From NCBI GenBank assembly GCA_973895155.1, contig OZ316893.1, positions 310,001 through 374,000 of the forward strand: a stretch of 64,000 nucleotides of DNA. Direction: 5' to 3'. This DNA comes from Marsupella aquatica (taxonomy: Eukaryota > Plantae > Marchantiophyta). Made by a program: the position numbers and the translations under genes. The notes under the pieces were generated by a model that was not told the origin of the DNA, searched no databases, and worked only from the letters and a program-made list of their open reading frames with translations. The first letter of the stretch is position 1, and each line of letters opens with the position of its first letter. Shown here in pieces: positions 51,863-61,850 of this stretch.

Positions 51863-54087
51863 CAGATCGATCTCATGTTAGGGGCCAAATCATTTCGACA
51901 ACCGATTCGACGGATGAACCCTAAGTATTCTTTGATGGTAAAAACTGAAATCAACAAGCTAGTAGAAGCCGGATTCATCACTCCAGTCCTACACTCAGAC
52001 TGGGTGTCTCCAATTGTGATAGTTCCCAAGAAAGCTGGACCCGATGGTAAACCAAAGATCCGGGTTTGTCAGGATTACAGGAAGTTGAATGAGGCTATGT
52101 TACAAGACCATTTTCCTTTACCCTTTACTGATATCGTACTAGACATGGTAGCTAGTCATGAACTATACTCATTCATGGATGGATACTCTGGTTATAACCA
52201 AATCAGGATTAGGCAAGAGGACCAAATCAAGACGGCCTTCATCACGGAATGGGGGATCTATGTCTTCAATCGTATGCCGTTTGGACTCTGTAACGCACCA
52301 GCAATGTTCCAACAATTAATGGTGAACATTTTCCACGACTACTTGAGAAAATTCATGGAAATCTTCATTGATGCCTTTGCAGTGTTTGGGAAGGCATCAA
52401 AACATGCTAAATACCTCAGGAAAACCTTCATGAGATGCAGAGAGGTAGGTCTCAAGTTACACCCCAATAAATGTTTCTTTGGAGTAACAGAGGGTGTGCT
52501 ACTAGGTCACAAGGTATCAAAGAAGGGCATTGAGATTGATAAGGGTAAGCTAGTAGTATGGCTAGATATCATGCAACCTAAGAACATAAAGGATGTGAGA
52601 TCCTTCTTGGGGTGCATTGGCTATTATCGCCGGTTCATCAAGGACTTTGCCAAACTAGCTTTACCATTAACCAACATGCTCAAAGCAGGTGCAGACTTTG
52701 AACCCACACCAGAACGAGTAACAGTAGTAGTAGAATTGAAGCAAATGTTAGTAGAGGCCCCAGTCATGATAGCACCAGACTGGAACAAGGATTTTCATGT
52801 CTTTGTAGATGTCTCAGGCTTCTGTATCGGCTCAGTACTAAGTCAGTTGGATGAGAAAGGAAGGGACCATCCCATATACTTTGCAAGCCGCCAACTTGCC
52901 GATGCCGAACACAATTACTCCACCACAGAAAGAGAAGCATTAGGAGTCATTTATTCCTGTAAAAAGTTTAGGCATTATTTACTGGGGTACAAGGTAATCT
53001 TTCATACCGATCATGAAAGTTTGAAGTACCTAGTAAATAAGCCGGACCTTATAGGCAGGGTAACAAGATGGATTTTGCTATTACAGGAGTTTGACTACAA
53101 GCTAAAAATCAAGCCAAGAAAGCTACACGCCAATGCCGACTTCTTTTCAAGGATCACAGGTGAACCTGCCACGGATTGCATCGATGATCGATTTCCCGAC
53201 GAGGAGCTATTCGTTATGGAAATAGCTGATACATGGTACCCTGAGATTTTACAATTTCTCAGCACATCCAGATTACAGCCAAGGCTAAACAGAGAGCAAG
53301 CTGCAGTCTTTCTACGGAAGGTCAGACAGTATCAGTGCATTAAGGGCATCCTACACAAGTATGGAATCAGCGGCACGATTCAAAGGTGTTTGGAAAAAGG
53401 AGAGGTAAGACGAGTCCTACGGGCTATGCATGGGGAGGAAGCCGGAGGACATTTTGCTCCAACAACCACATCTAAAAAGATATTAAATGCCGGTTACTGG
53501 TGGCCACCTTGCACAAGGATGTCTATCAGTTTATCAAACAATGCGACCCTTGTCAACGAGCGGGAGGACCAAGGGCGTCCACAAGACATCCACTGCACCC
53601 TATTCTACCTCTGGCACCATTTGAGAAATGGGGTATTGACTACTTGGGACCTCTGAAACCATTGACCCATCCTTGAAAAAACAAGTACATAATCCTGGCC
53701 ACGGATTATGCAACTAAGTGGGTAGAGGCCAGGCCGACAACGAAGGATGATGCAATTACTACGGCTTGATTCATGTATGAGCAGATCTTCACCAAGTATG
53801 GCGCACCCCTAGAATTAGTTAGTGATAGAGGAACCCATTTTCTGAATGATATAATTAGTCGTTTAAATGAGCAGTATTTAGTTAGACATAGGCCTACTAC
53901 TCCCTACCACCCAAAGGCAAATGGGTTGACAGAACGAGCAAATGGAATTATAGGAAAGATATTGAACAAAACCGTAGCTCAAAACAAACTCGATTGGGAT
54001 GATAAATTGTTTGCTGCTATTTTTGCTTACAATTTAGCCTATAAATCCACTACCGGTCATACACCCTTTTTCTTAACCTTTGGACAG
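51863..54087 (+). pseudogene. pol: Gypsy pol fragment (RT, RNase H, integrase)
   Basis: SPIVIVPKK, MPFGLCNAP, FIDAF (mutated DD), VFVDVSG, VSDRGTHF, NGLTER; closely related to 62760-64000. Confidence 0.93.
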
Positions 54088-54521
54088 GGAGGTACACAAC
54101 TTCATCAATTATCAGTGACTTTCATCAGTCACTGATATCAGTCTGTGCCCGAAACTCAGCGACGCCGCCGACATGGACTTAATTCACACCCACAGTCAAA
54201 CCCTATGTTGGCATCCACTCCGACATTGTTTTGGTTCAGACAATTAGTAATGTCGGCTGCCTCTCTGACCATCTTGGTGCCCTTTCTAACCATCTTGGCG
54301 CCCTCTCTGAGATATCCTTGGAGTGTTGTTCCATCTCGGCTGAGCTCGCCAAGATGAAAACATACCCAGCAACGTGTACAACATAGCATATCAAATAGGA
54401 GCCACATTAAGAACGTTTGGATGACACACTTTTTATTAAGCTTTGTACTTTACAACGATGTTGTCTATCTCAATTTTCTGAACTAAATTCCACTAGGCTG
54501 TGTCTCCATCTTCCATCCTCT

Positions 54522-55711
54522 CTACAGGGTAATTGTCTGGCAGACAAGGTCCACAACAATCTTTTGTCGCATGATGTCTATAAGTGCAGGGTCAAAGTTC
54601 AGTACGCCGCCTCCAGAAATACTCTCCATGTAGATAATGATATATACACCACAATTGTTATCATCCCCTTGACCTGGAATGTTATCTCGGTAAATGCGTG
54701 GCCATTCTAATGGACATAACAAGGTACGACCCCGCAAGATGGAGAGGTCCAAAAGAAACTGAGCTACTTTGAACACTTCTTTGCCATTCTGTGCTTTGGG
54801 CATAAGCGGATCAAGTAAATGCAGTTGCCGCAAGGCAGTATCAACCACAACTAGTACCCAGTGTTTTGGCCGGTAGACAGGGATTAAAATGTACTCGTGC
54901 TCCCACATTTGAATGCCCCGCCAATATGCCAACGCTGCGTTGAAGTTATATTCCGGAGTTGTCATCACTTGGTAAAAATGTGTTGGCAATAACATGGCCT
55001 TGGGTTTATGAAGGGTTTGTGCTCTTCATTCCAGTAAAGCAATGTAAGCATTGATGACGTCGCAAGTGATCCATTTTTTTGGCCTCAAGCATTTTAAATG
55101 TGCCCTCGTCAAGTGCACGTCCTCGATTGTCACTATGACCTCTTTTTGGTCCGCCTTGGGGTCCAATGCCTTCTTCACTATTGCCAAAAATTTGGATGGT
55201 TGCTGTTGTGTGGGCACTCCTTTGTTTGCAAGCCCCACCTCTTTCACTCCTGCCCGGGGAGTCAGCCCCTCATTCACTGGTTGCTCAGGTCTCTCCTGAG
55301 CTACAATGAAGGTAAATTCATTCAAACATTACTCTTCGGAACTGGAGCTTGATAATCTTATACTTACATGGTGAGTTTGGAGACTGTCACTTCCTACCGA
55401 GCTACTCTCATCCGATTGAGCTTCTTTTGCCCTATCATCGACAAATTTGAGAGTTTTCCTTTTTCTCTCTTGTACACAGCCAGGCACTATTTCTTCATGA
55501 TAGGTATCAGTAGCGTAGCACGGAAGGGTTAACTTCTTCGGCGAGAAATATGCCGAAGCTTCCTCCCACACGAGCTTGACAAGCCGTCTGTCCTGGCTGT
55601 CCCATTCCGCTGTAGCTGACTCGATAGTCCTATTGGGAACTGCTACTAAGTTATACTTAAATCCAATCAAATAATGTATTGCGCCCAAAATAGACGTAAA
55701 CAAGAAGGCAT
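54522..55711 (-). pseudogene. Ulp1/C48 SUMO-protease-like domain, 3' part of the Mutator cargo
   Basis: LKCLRPKKWITCDVINAYI, PTHFY, ILIPVYRPKHWVLVVVD, LLDPL, QGDDNNCGVYII (His-Asp-Cys triad present); in-frame stops at 55329 and 55026. Confidence 0.88.
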
Positions 55712-55739
55712 CTGTTGGGGAAGGTAGTCGACATGGATC

Positions 55740-56785
55740 AACGGATCTCGGAGAGGCCAGCCGAGATCACTCTTCCTCAGACGGATCTTGGAGAGGCCAG
55801 TCGAGATGACTATTCCTGAGACGAATCTCAGAGAGGCCAGCCAAGATTGACTATTCCTGAGACAGATCTTGGAGATGCCAGCCGAGATGACTTCCTGAGA
55901 TGGATCTCAGAGAGGCTAGCCGAGATGATTGTTCTTCAGATGGATCTCAAAGAGGCCAGCCGAGATTGACTCATCCTGAGACGGATCTCGGAGAGGCCAG
56001 CCGAGATGACTGTTCGGTACACGGATCTCAGAGAGGCCAGCCGAGATTGACTCTTCCTGAGACGGATCTCAGAGAGGCCAGCCGAGATTGACTCTTCCTA
56101 AGATGGATCTTGGAGAGGCCAGCCAAGATCACTCTTCCTGAGATGGATCTCGGAGAGGCCAGCCGAGATGACTATTCCTGAGACAGATCTCAGAGAGGCC
56201 AGCCGAGATTGACTCTTCCTGAGATGGATCTTGGATAGGCCAGCCAAGATCACTCTTCCTGAGACGGATCTCGGAGAGGCCAGCCGAGATGACTATTCCT
56301 GAGACGGATCTCAGAGAGGCCAGTAGAGATTGACTCTTCCTGAGACGGATCTTGGATAGGCCAGCCAAGATCACTCTTCCTGAGATGGATCTTGGAGAGG
56401 CCAGTCGAGATGACTATTCCTGAGACGGATCTCAGAGAGGCCAGCCGAGATTAACTCTTCCTGAGACGGATCTTGGAGAGGCCAGCCGAGATCACTCTTC
56501 CTGAGATGGATCTCGGAGAGGCCAGCCGAGATGACTATTCCTGAGACGGATCTCAGAGAGGCCAGCCGAGATTGACTCTTCCTGAGACGGATCTTGGATA
56601 GGCCAGCCAAGATCACTCTTCCTGAGACGGATCTCGAAGAGGCCAACCGAGATGACTATTCCTGAGACGGATCTTAGAGAGGCCAGTCGAGATTAACTCT
56701 TCCTGAGACGGATCTTGGAGAGGCCAGCCGAGATCACTCTTCCTCAGACGGATCTTGGAGAGGCCCGCCAAGATGACTCTTCCTG
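55740..56785. repeat. ~40-bp tandem array (~26 copies, ~121-bp higher-order unit), apparently intronic
   Basis: Unit GAGACGGATCTCGGAGAGGCCAGCCGAGAT(C/T/G)ACT(C/A)TTCCT; lies between a GTAAGT donor at ~57006 and a CAG acceptor at ~55712 on the minus strand. Confidence 0.95.
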
Positions 56786-57028
56786 AGTTGCATGTAGAGG
56801 AATGAATCTTGGCGAGGTCCGCCAACATGCATCTCAAGTTAGGACTTGCCCTCGCTTGTAGAGGAGGCCAGACACTATGAATGTCAGCGAGGTCAGCCGA
56901 CATGCATACATATCGGCGAGGCCGCTGACTTGTATCCCTCTATTGTCAACCATTGCGACGAGCAAGCAAATATGAAATGAACAATGTCAAACGCCAAAAA
57001 ACTTACATGTTGTTGGGAAAACTGCCGG

Positions 57029-58616
57029 CTATTTCTTCTTGCGCTTTTCTGGATTGGCTTTTGAACGGACCACCTCTTCCTCCTCCGGGGAGATCACTCC
57101 AACCAGTTGTGCCAATTGGTCTTGCGCACAAGTTCCAAAGTGAGGATAGGATTCAGTCCCAAACACCATCCGCCCGCAATTTTCACCCGCCTTGAATATT
57201 GCCCCAAACTGTGCGTTGAAAGTGAGGATAGTTGCCCCAGGGTGTGTTGTATATTCGATGATACATTGGAGCGTTGCTGGCGACAAAGTGCCCGCAAAAG
57301 GATCGTTAACCTGATTCTTCTTGGATGTATAGTTCGTTAGCCCATTCCTACTCTTCATATCGAGCTCTGCACTAATTGGTGCCACATCGTCCTTTGGGCA
57401 TATCTCTACAACAGATTGGTCTAGCTTGAGATATTCGCTCTGGATCGGCCAAACATATTCAGAGGTCAGACTTCCTCAGTTTAGGATAGTAAGTCATTGG
57501 AATAAAAAATAAATGAAGAAGTAGGTAATTGATGGGACTTACTCGCTTCCCAGTCCTACCATCGTAGGTGGGTGTGTCGTTCCAGATAAAGAAGCTTTCT
57601 TTCAACCCCCAGTTGGTATTCTCGTAAACTAATGCATCATAAATGCAAGTTGAGTGCCGAAGCGAACCACTGTGCACGATGGCAAACAGTCCTTCGGAAT
57701 CAAGGACATCTTGAGCAAACTCCTGAACCCGGTTCAAGTTGTCCTCCCGGAACAAATTCCACAACGGGGTGGACTTACCCTCAACCATATGCGTGTCTGT
57801 TCCCATATGTATCAGAATTAAATCTGCACCAGTCTTCACTCGCTTCCCCCCTTTTCTCCAAGCATTTTGACGCAAACCTTCCCGCAATAGCTTTCTGCAC
57901 CATGAGATCAATTTACTAACTACAGGAGGTTTGGTACCTTCTTTAGCCGCATCAAAAAAAGTTGTAAATAGATTTGGAGACCACCTAAAATACATATGTC
58001 TGCTCTGGGAAGACATGGTATTGGCATAAGGACGCCTTAATCCTTCCAGTTCTGTATTATCCTCTTCTCCAAGGGCCTCTTCATCCTCCTCATTTTCCAA
58101 TGTGGGGTCAGGTTGGATGGTTGTGGGCGGAACCTCTCCAGTGCCGGGCGGGGGAGGCGACTCAGTGGGGGAAGGAAGAGGAGGAAATTCCTCGTCACAT
58201 GCTTTGCTCGGGCTCCCTTTGGGAGCTTTGGGTCGCCTAGTTTGCTTTCTTTTTAAGGCCTTTTCCTTTTGCCGTGACAGTAATGGTGGCCGGTAAGGCA
58301 CAGGAGAGATATCAGACAAGCGCCCTTCGTCTCTGAATTGTTCTTTGTCCTCTTCCTCTCGCTCCTCTTCCTCTCGCTCACCCACATCATCCTCACCTTG
58401 CTGCTCGTCAGCCAATTCATCTTGTACTTCAGGAGCCTCATGCGGAGGCAAGTCAAATTCTTGCAGTGGAGCCTCGTCTGGACCCAACTCAACTATTGGT
58501 TGTTTATCCTTGTGCCCTGGACCCTGCGAAACCCCTGGACCGTCCTCAACTGCTGCCTTTGTAGCCGGCTCTACACCCTTGCTCTTGATAGAATCAGGTT
58601 CCGTTTGGATCTCTGC
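57029..58616 (-). pseudogene. Acidic/Pro-rich linker plus degenerate beta-class N4C/N6A DNA methyltransferase-like domain
   Basis: ADLILIH...VQEFAQDVLDSEGLFAIV...FFIWND, then PATLQCIIEYTTHPGATILTFNAQFGAIFKAGENCGRMVFGTE, which parallels P..L...I...T.PGD.VLDPFAGSGT...A...GR..IG.E; DPPY and FxGxG are not conserved. Confidence 0.6.
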
Positions 58617-58664
58617 ATGACTTGCATAGGATGCAAATTGATGAGCTTCATGATGGCAACTACA

Positions 58665-58885
58665 TCTCGGCGAGCCTTGCCAAGATCGGGTTCATTATAT
58701 GCAAGCAACTTATTACTCAACTAATACTTCATCTCGGCGAGCCTCGCCGACATCTGGACTGGACCAGACACTTAATCTCGGAGAGCCTTGCCAACATCTG
58801 GACTAGACCAGACACTTAATCTCGGAGAGCCTCGCCAACATATGGACTGGACCAGACACTTAATCTCGACGAGCCTCGCCAACCC
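58665..58885. repeat. ~42-bp tandem array (~4 copies plus one isolated motif)
   Basis: TAATCTCGGAGAGCCTCGCCAACATCTGGACTGGACCAGACACT-type unit. Confidence 0.9.
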
Positions 58886-59152
58886 AGCCAAGGTTTTTTC
58901 CAATGCAAGCCACCACCTGATTCGAAAGGAATTGAGTAATACCTGATGGGGTCTTTGTTGGAGTGCTTATAGAATCTGACTGACTGGCCTCGGCGGATTG
59001 TTCCTTGTCGACCTTCTTCTCGCCTCCTTCCTTTCAAGCCTTTTTCCATCATAGGCTGGGTCCATTGGGATTATGGCCTTCAACACTATTGCCTGGGGCA
59101 TAGAGTCCGTCAATTGTCGCAGCTTGGATATATCGTAGTAATTTGTAGGCTC

Positions 59153-59601
59153 CTATTGGTCCTTCAGCTTCATTGCACACTCCTTCTCAGCATCATCGAT
59201 AAAAGTATTCCAGTCACGGTATTCCATATACCATGGGTAGTTTTGACGTTCCCAATCGCAGACTACTCTGCCATTAGGAATTTGGCCATCACATGGATAC
59301 ATGCTAAGGCTCCCTTTCGGCTCCATCCAAGATGTCAGTGCCCATGGCAGCTCTTTCAATACAGATGCATTCATGTTCTCCTGATTGATTAGAAATCTTG
59401 TCACACACCTCTTTGTTCGCTTTTTCCACAATTCTTTTAACAGGACCGTGGCCTTTCCGTCAATCCAAATTTCCCCGCCTAGTTTCAGTGATTTCTCTTG
59501 CACATAAGCTCGATAAAGCCTTCTGTATAGCTCTGCAAATTCCTCCTCTATCCCAGAAAACTCACGGTACATCTGTCTTTGGTAGGCCTTTGCAGCAAAA
59601 T
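59153..59601 (-). pseudogene. Continuation of the Mutator cargo gene after the inversion breakpoint
   Basis: Reverse complement from 59601 reads ATTTT GCT GCA AAG GCC TAC, in frame with ...ACC GAT TTT ending at 46976. Confidence 0.85.
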
Positions 59602-61850
59602 TGTGATGCCTAGACAGGAATCACTCGGCCAGTTAAGTGGGTAAAGCAGGAAGGCACCCTAGGAACACCTTAGTATAGGGACAAAACAAGGAAAATATAA
59701 ACCATTAGGGGCAACCATGGAACCCGGGCCGAGGCCGGAGGTAAGGACGCTGAGGGTCAAAACTCGATTAGGGTTAGGGCGCGTTAAGCGTCGGCGGCTA
59801 GGAAGGATCAACGGGAAGAAGGACCGGCAGAGGAGAGGGGTAAGGAGCGCTTGCAGGAGATGGTGGCTCATTTGCGAGCACGAACTAGGCAGACGACTAC
59901 GGGAGGCCAACTATTGTCAGTTGCTTAGGCAAGCACTCGGGGAGAGAGTAGATACCGACGATCGACCTAAGGAGGGTATGAGCAACGTCAATCAAGCGGC
60001 ACATTTCTGGGGATGCCTGTTCGAACGGGCAACTGAGTACATCAAGACTTACGAGGACGAGGAATCAGAAAGGGCAGCTCGAGAATGGCAGGAGCTCGCT
60101 CGATTGTGGGAGCTGCAGAAGACGGCTTTCTTAGGAGGCGAACTCATCAAGGACGAGTTCCTGTGGACGCCTACTTCCAATCAACTCGACGATCTTCTGT
60201 TTTGCAAAGACAGCGTCGTCGGCATCCGAGAGGCCATCAAGAACTGCAACGACATACACTGGGAATTAAAGGGTAGCACGGAAAGGTGGACCCAGGCAAC
60301 GGTGCTAGGAGAAACCTCCACGGCAGCAGAGATGAAGAGGAAGGGAGCCGTCAACGATGAAGCCACCCCGGCAAAAAGAACGAGGTCGGCGGCACCAAAG
60401 AAGCCAGCCGAGCAGCAGAGCAGGAGGCAGGGAGAAGCCAAAGAGGAGGAGGTCGATCCCATCAAGGCCATTCCAACCAGGGATGACACCTGGAAGGGCT
60501 GGGCGGCAACCCTACCGGTGGAGGTGCAACTACATTTTGCACGGGAGGAGGATGCATGCTTTACGGCCATGCAGACCAAGAAGTACCAAGGCTTCATGGC
60601 CGGATCCGGCTTGGAGGCCTTTGTAAGATTACCATGGCTGAAGCCGGAGGTACCAGAGTCAGACCTATTAGAATTCGTGGGGTCATGGGAACCCGAGACC
60701 AATTGGATGAGGATATATGGGAAGGATTTCTATCTTACTCCCAAGGTAATTGCCGAAGTGTTTGGCTTGCCGATAGGCAATAAGACCAAAGTTGATACCA
60801 GGAAGACCTTGCCTGACAAGGAGTTCCGGTCGTTCCCCGGGCCATCAACGAAGAATGGCTTCTTCCGGAACACCTGCACCAACCCGCACATAGGAGATGA
60901 TCGACTTCTTGCGGGTGACCATGCATTGTAACTTGCCGAGGGCAGAGATCGGCAAGGCACAGGTCTATCTAGCAGAAAGGCCAGACCCAAGCCGGGACTA
61001 CAACGGGTACCTCCTCAACCAATTGAAGAAGATCTTAAAGGAGGAGCAGCAGGTAATCGGCATGGGGAGCGTGTCGCGGCTTGGCTATCACATGCCGCTG
61101 TTGTGCCGGTATGCCAGAGGTCAGACTTTTGCCCCGGTACTTCCCCTGTAGGTAAGGGCACCCGAGGAAGCTCCAACGCCGAGGCCGTTGGCTGAGAAGC
61201 CTCAACCACCTGTTAGTCCTACGATCGAGCAGGTGTTTAGGCCCAGGAAGGAGGACTTGCCGATGCAGCAACTCGGCATGCAGAGTCTGCTGAAACTACT
61301 GGAGAAAGAAAAGAAATCGACATCGACAACAACAACGGCAACGGCAACAATGCAGGACACTACTACAGAGGTAGGCCTACACCGGCTCACAAGAGAAAAC
61401 CCCTTTGCTGGAGACAAGGAGAGAATCAGGCCGGAATCCAAGCCAGGTGTTCGAATGTACGTGGGAACCTCAAGCTCCGAATCTGAGGCAGAATTGCCTG
61501 AAGCTCCTACCGACGAAGAGGAGAGGGAGAAGCCGGACGTCCAAGAGGTAGAGGAGGCAGTGGAGGACTGCAGCCATGATAATTCCGGCTATGGGTCGGA
61601 CCATCACGTTCCAGGAGTAAGGACCTGTGGCCGGTTTGTCCCCACACTTCCAAGGGTAGTGCAAGGGGACCCCAACCAGCAGAGTAGCCCTGAGTCTCCC
61701 CCACCAGATGTTGCTCCCCCGAGCTTCGACGGCATAAAATAGACGGTGCAGGAATTTTAGGAGCGAATCAAGCAGGAGGAGGAGGCCGCCCTGGCTAAGG
61801 AAAAGGATTTACCAGGAGGAGATTGGCCGGAGGACATCAGGCGGCTAGCC
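59602..61850 (+). mobile_element. Family-1 copy D, 5' half, fused to Gypsy pol
   Basis: Starts TGTGATGCCTAGACAGG; ORF from ATG 59717; similarity stops at 61850 (…GCGGCTAGCC). Confidence 0.93.

Noticed and set aside
54087-54420. Possible Mutator terminus (GGGAGGTACAC) and a Cys-rich mini-ORF
   Set aside because: The opposite end is deleted, so neither TIR nor TSD can be verified
55740-56785. CRISPR-like appearance of the 40-bp palindromic array
   Set aside because: No unique spacers and no cas genes; it is a plain tandem repeat in a eukaryotic context
57290-57312. NDPFAGT as MTase motif I
   Set aside because: It precedes the segment that aligns positionally with motif I (ILTFNAQFG); probably coincidental and not used as evidence of activity
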